DNA from: an uncultured Rivularia sp.
GTDB taxonomy: Bacteria; Cyanobacteriota; Cyanobacteriia; Cyanobacteriales; Nostocaceae
DNA length: 64,000 nucleotides
Assembly: GCA_963665115.1 (NCBI GenBank)
Contig: OY762007.1
Coordinates: forward strand, 3,456,001-3,520,000
Reading direction: 5' to 3'
Positions 1-10,748 of this stretch are shown piece by piece. The notes beneath the pieces are model-generated. The model was given only the letters and a program-made list of their open reading frames with translations, had not been told where the DNA came from and made no database searches. Every line of letters begins with the position of its first letter. Within the stretch, counting starts at the first letter, position 1. Made by a program: the position numbers and the translations under genes.

Positions 1-187
1 ATTTTTTTCCTATAGGAATAAGAGTTAATACTTTTTGGGGACAAAAATCTTGGTATTTTATGACAGTTTGTAATCTGGAATAATTATATAAGGGGTAGAC
101 GGTAATTATAGCTGCATAGTTATTTTATTTCTTCCTCTGCGAGATTGAAATTTATATTATCAACAGAGATATCTGTTATTTTCGATT

Positions 188-375
188 GTAGGGTGCGTTG
201 TGGCGCGATAAAGAATTTGGAATGTGACGAAATATTTTTGTTTCGCGTCTAACGTACCACTTTGATGTTGAGCGGTACGCGAAATTTAGTTCGTGGTTGA
301 TAATTCGTAGGTTGGCTTAGAAGCACAAATAGGTATCTTTCTCAACTAATGATTTAGATTTGCGGCGTAACCCAA
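188..375 (+). repeat. Two degenerate GTAG-type REP-like palindromic elements
   Basis: GTAGGGTGCGTT...TAACGTACC (188-260) and GTAGGTTGG...CGTAACCCAA (307-375), each a GTAG tetramer followed by an imperfect inverted repeat. Confidence 0.5.
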
Positions 376-532
376 GATTATCATCTTCGATAAAGGGCTT
401 TCTTTTCAATTGCGATAAAGTTAAAACTTAATATATATTCCCGTATTCATACAGAAGATAAAAGGGGAAAAAACGGAAGAAAATGGAGATAATGGAAGAT
501 TATCAAACATTAATTCAAAAAATAACTTAAAA

Positions 533-3029
533 ATGGCTATTTACGTCAACCTCAATGCTTCAGGAAGCGGCGACGGTAGTTCATGGGATAATGCATTTAC
601 CAACTTACAGTTGGCATTAGCCAGTGCCACAACAGCAGATGAAATTTGGGTAGCCCAAGGTGTTTACAAACCTGGAGAAAATCGTACAGACAGTTTTCAA
701 CTAAAAGATGGGGTTACTATTTACGGTGGCTTTGGGGGAGAGGAAACAGCTTTAGAACAAAGAGATATCAAGAATAATCTTACCTACCTCAGCGGTGATA
801 TTGGAACAGAACGTAATAATAGCGATAACAGTTACACCGTAGTTAAATTAAACAGCGGTACCGCAACTCTTGACGGCTTCATCATTCAAGATGGTAATAA
901 TACTCAAAGTGATGATGATTTGGATGACGGTGGTGGTGTTTACAACAATGGTGATTTAACTTTAAGAAATGTTGTAGTTCGTTATAACCAAGCTGCTGAT
1001 GATGGTGGGGGTATTCGCAACAACGGTACTATAACTATTATTGATAGCGAGATAACTTACAATACCTCTATCGGTACAAGTAGTACTAGTGGTGGTGGCG
1101 GGTTAATTAACACTGGCGATTCTGCAACTATCATTAACACTACCTTTACCAATAATTCAGCTAAAAACGGTGGTGCAATTCGCAATGATACTAATCTTAC
1201 TTTAACTAACAGTACTCTAAGTGGTAATACTGCATATGAAAGTGGTGGTGGGTTAGTTAATACGATTAATCCATTGATTTTGGCATTATCCTCGGATGAC
1301 AATGTAACGGGTACAGCCCAAGTCACAATTACCAACAGCATCATTACAAAAAATACAGCCCTAGATTCAAGTCAAAGTGGTTCGGCTGTAGGAAGCGGTA
1401 TTGCTAACTTTGCGATCGCGAATATTTCTGACAGCATTATTGCAGGTAATGGAAATGCAGATGATTTGGCAGATAATTTTACCGCTTTTGGCAAAACCGT
1501 AATTGGTAATAATACTAGCGGTGGAAATAACTCGATCGGTAACGGTGATGGTGTAAGCGGTTTTACTGATGGAAGTAACGGCGATAAAGTTGGTGCAAAA
1601 TACAATCGTATCAACCTTACTCTCAATGAAACTTTTGATAACGATTCGCAGTTTAAGAAGAGTACAAAATTTTTCTCTGACGGCAGCGATGATTACTTCG
1701 GTATTTCCGGTGGAGATGGTGGAAGCGATTATGGTAAGGGAAATCCACCTCCCAATATAAAAGCATATACCGGATTTACCAATAGCTTCTTAACAGGTCA
1801 AGACTTGGATGGAGAAGGAGCATCACTACCAATAACGCTCAACTGGTCAAATTTAGATATCAAATGGTTAACTAATTTGCAGTTTAGCGGCGACTTTGCC
1901 CAATTCTTCGATTCACCCGGCGATATTGATGCTCCTGATTCTATTAAACTTTATTACAGCATCGATGATGGTCAAGAACAAAATCTACTTTGGTTCTCTG
2001 GAACTGACTTTAATAACAACTCATCTAATGGTGTATTCTCTCAAGATACAAACTTTGATGGAGTGGGAGACGGAACAGAATTAGGTGATGCGGTACAGAA
2101 TTTTTCCACAGCGATAGCTGGTACCGGTTCCAGACTCGATCTCAAGTTAGAGATTAGTCTTAATGCTGGTAATGAAGACTTTGCAATTGACAATTTTTTA
2201 ATTACTGGCATAACAGCTCCTATTGAAGGAGATGAAGCTAAAGACAACTTAATAGGAACCTCTAGTCACGACCAAATTAACGGTTTTGCAGGGAAACGAT
2301 TACCTCAAAGGGGAACAAGGAGATGACATACTTGATGGAGGAGAAGGTAAAGATAGACTTTATGGTGAAGATGGTGAAGATATTTTAAGTGGTGGAACCG
2401 GAAACGACTATTTAAACGGCGGAAACGATAAAGATTCACTCGATGGAGGAGAAGGTAAAGATAGACTTTACGGTGGTGATGCTGACGATACTTTATTTGG
2501 TGGTGCAGGGAATGACTACCTTAATGGCGGAGAGGGTGAAGATTCACTTGATGGAGGGGAAGGAAAAGACAGACTTTACGGTGGTGACTTAAACGATACT
2601 TTAATTGGTGGTAGCGGTAACGACCTTATTTATGGTGGTAATGGTAATGATAATATTGTAGGTCTTGATATTACTACTTTCGGTATCGGTGAAGTTGATA
2701 GACTTAGAGGAAATGCTGGTGAAGATACCTTTGTTTTAGGAGACGAAAACCGTACTTTTTATAACGATGGCAAAAATACAAACGCAGGTAGATCCGACTA
2801 TGCCATTATTGAAGATTTTAACCAGGATGAAGATTTGATTCAACTTTCTTTCGGCGAACAAAACGATTACTATCTTGGTGCTAGTGGTAAAAGCACTAAT
2901 ATTTACATTGATAACGATGGTATCAGCGGATTGAGTCGCAATGATGAATTGATCGGAATAATTAGGGGAGTTTCTCTAAATGAAGGGATGATTGATAATA
3001 TCAAAGGATTTAGTTTTGCTGGATTTTAA
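533..3029 (+). CDS. Secreted RTX (hemolysin-type Ca-binding) protein with N-terminal pectin-lyase-like beta-helix; +1 frameshift near 2291 (probable sequencing error)
   Basis: ORFs 533-2326 and 2286-3029 join if one base of GCAGGGAAAC is removed (span 3n+1). N-terminal GDGSSWDNAF..EIWVAQGVYKP motif, GGGI/GGAI repeats, many GGxGxDxLx nonapeptides. Confidence 0.85.
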
Positions 3030-3082
3030 AAAGTAAAGTTAATTTAGCAATTTTTAATCGGACTTAGATAGCTAAAACAAAA

Positions 3083-3275
3083 GGAAACATCCCAATTTTA
3101 CAAAAAGCCCGCAGGCTTCTAGTACCGCTGCGCGGAAGTAAAAAGTCAAAAGTAAGAAGTAAAAAGTATTATATGATAAGGCTTTCAAACTTTTTAAATG
3201 GGTGCTTTATTTACGCCGTACTGTACTAGGGTGTTGGGGTAAATAAAATATATGTTCCGGCATTGAGATGCTCCC
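3083..3275. mobile_element. MITE-like element with GGGAGCATCCCAAT-type terminal inverted repeats (outer element)
   Basis: Left end GGAAACATCCCAAT at 3083; right end ATTGAGATGCTCCC ending 3275; non-coding; interrupted by a second element. Confidence 0.6.
3119..3229. mobile_element. MITE nested in the outer element, CTAG at both ends
   Basis: Left CTAGTACCGCTGCGCGGAAGTAAA versus reverse complement of right end CTAGTACAGTACGGCGTAAATAAA; internal AAAAGTC/AAAAGTA heptamers. Confidence 0.7.
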
Positions 3276-3679
3276 AAACAAAATATAGTGTTGCAGATAT
3301 TCAGTTCCCCTTAACCCTTATAAAAAATGAGGGTTTTTTTATAGGTTAAATTACATTTATTTACACCCATTTTCTACAAGTAGATGTAATTAAGCAACTC
3401 TTGCTCTTTCTTTTAAGTTATTTAAATAAATAGCTTACTTTTTCGGAATATATACGCATAAATATTAATTAGAGTATAAAGAACAGAATATTTACTGATG
3501 CTATACGTAGGATAAATTGATTATATTCTTTTGAAGCTACTACCATTTTTCGATCTATCTATTAATACAGATATAAATTAATTAGAATATTAACTACTTA
3601 ATTTTGTGCAGCTATTAAAAAACATTAATAATTAGTTGACTTAAATAGAAGCTAATCTTATAAGCGATCGAGTTATACA

Positions 3680-6148
3680 ATGCCGGTAAAAATTAAAGGG
3701 TACATCATCATTCCATCTTTTTCAATATGGTTAGCTTTAAGTAATCAGATAGCATTCGCTAATAAAATAAATCCTTTATTAAAAGAAAATAATGAATTTT
3801 CCAGCGAATTCAACAGCCATAAAGAAAAGGATATTTTAGTTAAAAAAAATGCATTTCGTGAAAAATTAAAAGTAAAATTTAAAAATTATGTATCGGATAA
3901 TCGTGATTCACTAAAGCAAGAAAAAAAATCATCCGATCGGTTATTCGATGTTTCTCCAACAAATACTCGTAAGGGAAAGTTGATTGCAGATGCAATTAAA
4001 GATTTAAATACAGCCACAAAACTAAATTATCAAAGCTCTAAAATATCCGATAAAAATTCATTGAGAGCTTTACCTTTAATTGAGAGATTAGCCGAGCAGC
4101 CAGAAGTAAAGCCATCAAAATTATCTGACTCCAACTCAAATTATATTCTTCCACCAACAGTAGCTGCTCCAGAAAAAATTCACCCTTTTACAACAACTTT
4201 ACCTTTAAATGGTATACCCATCAGCCATTTAACCGAATGGGAATTGTATACCGGAGCCATTTTTGGAGATAATACAAATACAAGTATTTCTGCGGGTGGG
4301 ATTGTTAAACTTGATGGACAAGTAACAGAAAGTTTGACTAAAGATAATATTTATACAGTCGATCAAAAAGGCAGCTATTTACAGCTACAAAGAATAAGAG
4401 AAACTAGGAAAGTCGAGTTAACAAGGAACGAACCGCATACAATGATTGGTATGCAAATGCAAATGACTTTTACTGCTTCCTGCTTAACTGGTGAAGATAT
4501 TGAAAATAAAAAATGCTCTTACACACCCGGTTTAATTACCGATAGAGACAGTATCGATCCCGACTTCTTTGTACCAACTCGTATAGTCCAAACGGCTAAT
4601 ATGAACGAAGTTGTTACTCCCGAATCATTGGCTATTATGCAGCTTCCAGGTTTTCAAACTGGAGCCAACGGACAACAAGTTGGACTAGATTTATATTTTC
4701 CTAATGCAGGAGCATTTCCCGGTAATACTCAAGGAAATCAAGTTTTCTATGAAAGAAAAGAAAAAATTAATAATACTCAAATAGGGTTATATTCTAAAGT
4801 CAGACAAATTGTCAAAGCTAATCACGAAAAATCTGTGATTGGACGTACAATTCGTGGCTTTGGATTGATAACAGATAGCGATAATCTACTATTAAATTCT
4901 GCCGTACAGTTAGGGAATTTTGTTTTACCCGATGTTAAACCTCGCTTGGAAGAAAGTATTAAAAAAGTTAATACGAATATCAATAAAAACTTATTTTTAG
5001 CAGCTAACAACGTTAGAATTCCAACCAGTAGTTATACCTTCTATCATGCTGGAATCGGTTCCGCTGATAGTCTTAAGCCCGGTATTAAAAAAAGAAGTCA
5101 AATTCCCAGAGCAAAGTTTAATAGCGTTTGGGTTGGCATTTCTCCAGTTATCGATCGCAGAATTGACAGAATAAATCGATATAAACCTACCGGGAAGCAA
5201 AGAATAATCGCTGATGGAGGTGGAGAAGGAGGAGTTGATTCAAATGTAGATTTGCTTTCTGTTGTTAACGGTGAAAATTTTGCTGCCAACGAAATAGAAG
5301 ATTTTTACGGTCAAATTTATCTAACTAATTTTGCTCAAGACGTTAATTTTGTCACCGGGAATCGATTTGTAGAGGATATCAAATATTATCCCCATATTAG
5401 CTTTACAGGAAATATTTTAGGTTCTTTAGATAGCTTTAAATATTACACGGGCGTTATAACAGGTAAAACAATTAAAGCTTATGCTGGTAGTGACTATACT
5501 CGTAACTTCGGTAATTTAAATATTTCTACAGGGGCTATTGGCTATATTAATCCCGATAGAGATTATTACTCTCAACTATACGGTAGTCTTTCTCAAAGAA
5601 TTGGCTCTAGTAGAAGAACTAACTTAGTTTTATCAAGTCGTTTTAACTACGCATTAGACAGAGAAAATCGTATAGGAAAAATTGAAAGTGAAGCACCTGC
5701 AAGTTTTGTCACGGTTAGAGCAAGAGCTAATTTTGGTAACGTTTCTTTGGGTGTAGTCAACTATTTTGACGATATTTTACCAGATTCTGTAGATAAAACA
5801 TTACTGGCAGATTTAGCAATTAAATTTAGTAACAACTTTCAGCTAACAGGTTTTTATACACCGATAAATGAAGCTTCTAGTCAGTCTCGCTATGGAGCCA
5901 CAGCAAAACTAAGATTGGGTGGTAAGTATAATAGTCCAACAATGTCTCTTTCTTGGACGAATAATTATTATGACTTAGGTAAAGATAGTGAAGGAATTAA
6001 ACTTCGTTTTACTGATAATGTATTTAAGGTATTATTCAGATTTGGAAGTCCAGGAAACCCATTTAAGAGAGTAGATAATAAGCGGATTTTGCGACGAAAT
6101 AGGAAAAAGCTTATAGATGGATTATTGAGGGAAAAGAAAAGAATTTAA
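3680..6148 (+). CDS. Uncharacterised exported protein, probably outer-membrane beta-rich
   Basis: 822 aa ORF with a signal-peptide-like N-terminus (..IWLALSNQIAFA), a charged low-complexity linker, one Cys pair, and a C-terminal region of alternating hydrophobic/aromatic strand-like segments. Confidence 0.65.
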   Translation: MPVKIKGYIIIPSFSIWLALSNQIAFANKINPLLKENNEFSSEFNSHKEKDILVKKNAFREKLKVKFKNYVSDNRDSLKQEKKSSDRLFDVSPTNTRKGKLIADAIKDLNTATKLNYQSSKISDKNSLRALPLIERLAEQPEVKPSKLSDSNSNYILPPTVAAPEKIHPFTTTLPLNGIPISHLTEWELYTGAIFGDNTNTSISAGGIVKLDGQVTESLTKDNIYTVDQKGSYLQLQRIRETRKVELTRNEPHTMIGMQMQMTFTASCLTGEDIENKKCSYTPGLITDRDSIDPDFFVPTRIVQTANMNEVVTPESLAIMQLPGFQTGANGQQVGLDLYFPNAGAFPGNTQGNQVFYERKEKINNTQIGLYSKVRQIVKANHEKSVIGRTIRGFGLITDSDNLLLNSAVQLGNFVLPDVKPRLEESIKKVNTNINKNLFLAANNVRIPTSSYTFYHAGIGSADSLKPGIKKRSQIPRAKFNSVWVGISPVIDRRIDRINRYKPTGKQRIIADGGGEGGVDSNVDLLSVVNGENFAANEIEDFYGQIYLTNFAQDVNFVTGNRFVEDIKYYPHISFTGNILGSLDSFKYYTGVITGKTIKAYAGSDYTRNFGNLNISTGAIGYINPDRDYYSQLYGSLSQRIGSSRRTNLVLSSRFNYALDRENRIGKIESEAPASFVTVRARANFGNVSLGVVNYFDDILPDSVDKTLLADLAIKFSNNFQLTGFYTPINEASSQSRYGATAKLRLGGKYNSPTMSLSWTNNYYDLGKDSEGIKLRFTDNVFKVLFRFGSPGNPFKRVDNKRILRRNRKKLIDGLLREKKRI

Positions 6149-6453
6149 CCTCACCCCCTTCCCCTCTCCTTATCAAGGAGAGGGGTGTTTTTTAGCCTCG
6201 TGACTCATTCCCTTTTCTTTATCAAGGAGAGGAGTGTTTTTTTACCTCGTGACTCATTCCCTTCTCTTTATCAAGGAGAGGAGTGTTTTTTTACCTCGTG
6301 ACTCATTCCCTTCTCCTTAACAAGGAGAGGAGTGTTTTTTTACCTCGTGACTCATTCCCTTCTCCTTAACAAGGAGAGGAGTGTTTTTTACCTCGTGACT
6401 CATTCCCTTCTCCTTAACAAGGAGAGGGGTGTCCGTTAGGACGGGGTGAGGTT
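6147..6453. repeat. Palindromic dispersed repeat with internal ~49 bp tandem amplification (5 full units plus 1 partial)
   Basis: Units CCTCGTGACTCATTCCCTTCTCCTTAACAAGGAGAGGAGTGTTTTTTTA start at 6196, 6245, 6294, 6343, 6391; bracketed by AACCTCACCCC and GGGGTGAGGTT. Confidence 0.9.
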
Positions 6454-6475
6454 TTAATATTGTGAAATAAACAAA

Positions 6476-6504
6476 CAGAGACGCAACTAAAAGCTACGTC
6501 TCTG
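6476..6504. terminator. Hairpin between convergent genes (possible terminator or degenerate AGAGACG palindrome)
   Basis: CAGAGACG-N13-CGTCTCTG inverted repeat. Confidence 0.4.
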
Positions 6505-6572
6505 ATAACATTTGAATTTTAACTTGTTAGAAAAATTTTACAAAACCAAACGCTATTTTTGTTATCAATTTG

Positions 6573-6987
6573 TTATGGGGCAGGAGCATCAGGAATTGTA
6601 GCAATAACGTCACCATTTCCAGTACCCAACTGAATGGTTGCAGCACCAGTCAATTCGTTAGCTTGTGCAGTTTCCAAGTGCAGCATCAACTTCACCAGCC
6701 ATACTTGCCGCAGCCGGATCTCCCATACCAGTGATATCGATTTTGCCAGCAGAGCCTAAAGCGAAGGCAGAATTAAAATTCTCATCAATATTATTAAAAG
6801 CTGCGGCTGATGCATCGTTTTTACCTACAGAAGCAGCTACAGCAACTCCATTAACGTTACCATCATCAATTGTGAAAGCAGCAGCACCAGCAGCGCCACC
6901 TTCACCAGCAAAAGCTCCAGAAGATAGACTCAATACGCTCGCAGTAGCAGCAAATAAAGAAATAGATAGTTTTTGGCTGAATTTCAT
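6573..6987 (-). CDS. Small secreted Ala/Gly/Asn-rich protein (~137 aa); +1 frameshift near 6672
   Basis: Sec signal ending SGAFA. Removing one A from GGAAACTGCA extends the ORF as ..DAALGTAQANELTGAATIQLGTGNGDVIATIPDAPAP to TAA at 6573-6575. Confidence 0.75.
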
Positions 6988-7560
6988 GATGCAATCCCTT
7001 TTTTTAAGTACTTTTTGTCAAATTAAAGAAGCACAATGTCTTCGTCGTGGTTGATATTCTCTCGATTTCAACGCACTTATAAATATAACCTATTGCATAT
7101 TCGGCTACAGAGATAACAGAGTATTTACTTAATTGAATACAAAGTTTTTTATGGGAATAAATGATGTTTTTAGATAAATTAGGTAATAATTTTTCAACGT
7201 GACTCTACACTCAAGTTAATAGAGTCAAACGTTTTTTAGATATTTAACTGAAGTGAAAGACAAAAATCCGAAGTTCCTAGCAAAATCGCTCGCTGGCTAT
7301 AAGCAGGAACCTATTTTTACAAAGCCCGCCTGCGTGGCTTAGAAAATTAATTCACAATCAATATAGGTATAATTTTTTACTTTACCTGCAATTTTGTAAG
7401 CTGCGGGCTTTAGAGTTTCTTTGCCGTTAGTAATCCGAAACGTTAATCAGTTTATTAATTCAAACAACAATATACAAACTTTCGTATCTTAATATCTCTA
7501 CTAACATTCAATTAAAACCAGATTTTTCGGTATTATAAAGATAATCCTAACTTCTTAACA

Positions 7561-7595
7561 AAATCGCCCGCACTATTTTCGAGTACGGGCGATTT
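7561..7595 (-). terminator. Probable intrinsic terminator of lepA
   Basis: AAATCGCCCG..CGGGCGATTT stem about 90 bp downstream of the lepA stop. Confidence 0.55.
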
Positions 7596-7622
7596 CCCTT
7601 TATATGTTTGTTTTTGTGACAA

Positions 7623-7680
7623 GGTTCGTAGTTGCGCTTTAGCGCCAAACCTATGTAGCGCTTTAGCGTAATTACAAACG
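7623..7680. repeat. GTAG-type REP-like pair (GCGCTTTAGCGC core)
   Basis: GGTTCGTAGTTGCGCTTTAGCGC...GTAGCGCTTTAGCGTAATTACAAAC; same family as 51842-51897. Confidence 0.65.
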
Positions 7681-7681
7681 A

Positions 7682-9497
7682 TTACGCATTTTGATCCAGC
7701 TTCAATACGGCCATAAATGCTTCCTGGGGAACATCAACCGTACCCACAGATTTCATCCGCTTTTTACCTTTGGCTTGCTTTTGCAAAAGTTTCTTCTTCC
7801 GACTAATATCACCACCGTAACATTTGGCTAATACATCCTTCCGCAATGCTGGAATATGTTCTGAGGCAATTACCTTACTGCCAATAGAGGCTTGAATTGG
7901 TACTTTAAATTGGTGACGGGGAATTAATTCCTTCAATTTTTCAGCCATCCCTCGCCCAACGTTATAAGCTTTATCGCGGTGGACAATCATTGCCAAGGAG
8001 TCAACCGGATCTCCATTAATCAACAAGTCCAATTTCACCAAATGATTTTCACGATAACCAATTAGCTGATATTCCATACTCGCATAACCACGCGATCGCG
8101 ATTTCATTTGATCGAAAAAGTCGGTGACAACTTCGGCTAAAGGTAATTCGTAGGTTAATGTAGTTCGTCCTTGGGTTAAGTATTTCATGTCTTTAAATAC
8201 ACCCCGACGATTTTGAGATAACTCCATCAAGGTTCCCACGTACTCTTCAGGAGTAATCATTTCTACCTTTACGTAAGGCTCCTCAATTTTCTCTCGCTCG
8301 TTAGGAGAAGGTAAATTAGCGGGATTATCAACGAAAACCACTTCACCCTTATTAGTAGTTACTCTGTAAATTACTGAAGGAGCAGTAATAATTAAATCCA
8401 GATTATACTCGCGTTCCAAACGTTCCTGGACAATTTCCATGTGCAGCAAACCCAAGAAGCCGCAACGGAAACCAAAACCCATCGCGCTGGAAGTTTCCGG
8501 TTCAAATTGCAAAGCTGCATCATTAAGCTTAAGTTTATCTAAAGCTTCTCGTAAATCCTTGAATTGGTCGGAATCGATCGGAAACATCCCGCAAAATACC
8601 ATCGGGTTAGCTTCGGCATAACCGGGTAAAGCTTGTGTTGCTTTCGCTTTACTTAAAGTAATCGTATCCCCTACCCGCGCATCTTCCACAGCTTTAATCG
8701 CCGCTGCAAAATAACCTACTTCCCCAGCGTGAAGTTCGTCTAATTGCACCTGATTGGGAGAAAGAACCCCTAACTCATCAATTTCATATTCCTTACCAGA
8801 AGCCATCAGATAGACTTTATCGCCTTTCTTGACTTTGCCATCCATCACCCGGAAATAAACAATTACTCCCCGGTAGCTATCATAATAACTATCAAAAATT
8901 AACGCCCGTAAAGGTTCATCAATGCTATTCTGGGGCTGCGGTACTCGTTCGACAATTGTTTCTAAAATCTCGGGAATACCGATTCCCTCCTTAGCAGAAG
9001 CAAGAATCGCACCGCTGCAATCCAAACCAATAACTTCTTCAATTTCCCCAGCAACCCGTTCCGGTTCGGCACCCGGTAAATCAATTTTATTTAAAACCGG
9101 GATGATTTCTAAATCATTCTCGATTGCCAAATAAACATTAGCTAAAGTCTGGGCTTCCACACCTTGAGAAGCATCTACCACCAATAACGCCCCTTCACAA
9201 GCTACCAAGCTGCGAGACACCTCATAAGAGAAATCAACATGGCCGGGAGTATCAATAAGATTCAGTACATATTCCTGACCATCTTTAGCCTTGTAATTCA
9301 TCCGGGGCCGCTTGCAGCTTAATAGTAATGCCGCGCTCCCGTTCCAAGTCCATATTATCGAGAAACTGCTCCTTCATCTGTCGATTTTCCACCGTACCAG
9401 TGGCTTGCAGAAGACGGTCAGCCAAAGTTGATTTACCGTGGTCAATGTGAGCGATAATGCAAAAATTACGAATGCGAGAAGCGGGAACGTCAGTCAT
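7682..9497 (-). CDS. lepA: Translation elongation factor 4 (LepA); +1 frameshift near 9305
   Basis: [32 protein letters not shown] and [14 protein letters not shown] motifs. The two ORFs join on removing one C from GCGGCCCCGGATG (gives QAARMNY). Confidence 0.97.
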
Positions 9498-9611
9498 ATA
9501 CTTATTAATAAAGCTGTATTCTGCAATCTTGATCTTAATAAAAAAAGCCTTTTACCTAACGTATTGTAATGCTTTCTTCGCAAACACGCTGCTCAAACTT
9601 GTAACAGGACA

Positions 9612-10196
9612 GTAGGGAGTAGAAAGTAGGGAGTAGAGAGTTAGGAGTAGAAAGTAGGGAGTAGAGAGTAGGGAGTAGAGAGTAGAGAGTAGGGAGTAGA
9701 AAGCAGGGAGTAGAGAGTAGGGAGTAGAGAGTAGGGAGTTAGGAGTAGACAGTAGGGAGTAGAAAGTAGGGAGTAGAAAGTAGGGAGTAGAAAGTAGAGA
9801 GTAGGGAGTAGAAAGTAGGGAGTAGAGAGTAGGGAGTAGGGAGTAGAGAGTAGGGAGTAGAAAGTAGGGAGTAGAAAGTAGGGAGTAGAAAGTAGGGAGT
9901 AGAAAGTAGGGAGTAGGGAGTAGAAAGTAGGGAGTAGAGAGTAGGGAGTAGGGAGTAGAGAGTAGGGAGTAGAAAGTAGGGAGTAGGGAGTAGGGAGTAG
10001 AAAGTAGGGAGTAGAAAGTAGGGAGTAGAAAGTAGGGAGTAGAAAGTAGGGAGTAGAGAGTTAGGATTTCGGAGTTAGGAGTTAGGAGTAGTTAAATTAG
10101 TTTTAATTAATAATATTGCCGACTGGGCTGCAAAGAGCATTAATTCACTACTTTTTACTCATTACTCATTACTCACTACTCACTACTCACTACTCT
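9612..10196. repeat. STRR heptamer arrays: G-rich (GGGAGTA/GAAAGTA/GAGAGTA, 9612-10090) then C-rich (CTCACTA/CTCATTA, 10145-10196)
   Basis: Directly visible tandem 7-mers. Confidence 0.95.
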
Positions 10197-10367
10197 CCTC
10201 AAAAGGTACTGGTATTGTTATCCTGGGGGCGTAAAATAAACATGGATGAATGTAGGGCAGCAAGCAACCCGCTTAGTTGGGTAAATAACAAACACTTTGT
10301 TCAACTGTAGGTAAAGCTCCCTGACTTAGCTAGCCTTGGGATAAATAACGCGCAGAGAATATTAGCT

Positions 10368-10604
10368 ATGAACATGAAAGAAAGACCGGATCTCGCGGAA
10401 AACATATTATCCGAGAAGGTAGAAGTTGCTATCCGCTTGGATTCTGAATTATTAGAGAAAATTAGTCACCTGAGTAATGATCCTTCTAAAGTAATTGAAG
10501 TGGCACTGCGTCAGTGGTTGCGCGGCGATATTCCCAGAGATGATGAACTGACGCGCACTCCCCATAGAATAAAGGTTCCACCTCGGGGTGAGTGGAACGA
10601 TTAA
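10368..10604 (+). CDS. Small conserved cyanobacterial protein with ribbon-helix-helix/CcdA-like pattern
   Basis: VEVAIRLDSELLEKI..SKVIEVALRQWL fits a strand-helix-helix pattern. Confidence 0.65.
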   Translation: MNMKERPDLAENILSEKVEVAIRLDSELLEKISHLSNDPSKVIEVALRQWLRGDIPRDDELTRTPHRIKVPPRGEWND

Positions 10605-10748
10605 AAATTTATATTTTTTGCTCGCAATTCCAGTAATACAATAAAAATCCCAAACAAGTATGCTAAAGCTGTAAAAATTTATGCCACACTTTAAGCAGCT
10701 ATTAGCACAACTTAGTTTGGGCTATCATTTTTTTATTTAACTCCAGTC

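Noticed and set aside
1057..1626. Short antisense or alternate-frame ORFs within long genes throughout the window
   Set aside because: They shadow well-supported CDSs and show no recognisable motifs.
6147..6453. CRISPR array
   Set aside because: The sequence between hairpins is identical in each unit (no unique spacers) and no cas genes are present.
7682..9497. Programmed frameshifting or phase variation in lepA, cheA, cheW and others
   Set aside because: Runs are only 3-4 nt with no shared slippery motif; the uniform +1 pattern fits sequencing error.
10240..10360. Riboswitch or structured leader upstream of the small RHH gene
   Set aside because: Somewhat GC-richer than its surroundings but no family motif that I can recognise; needs an Rfam search.
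10368..10604. Toxin-antitoxin module
   Set aside because: RHH/CcdA-like pattern but no adjacent toxin gene; it heads a housekeeping-like gene run.
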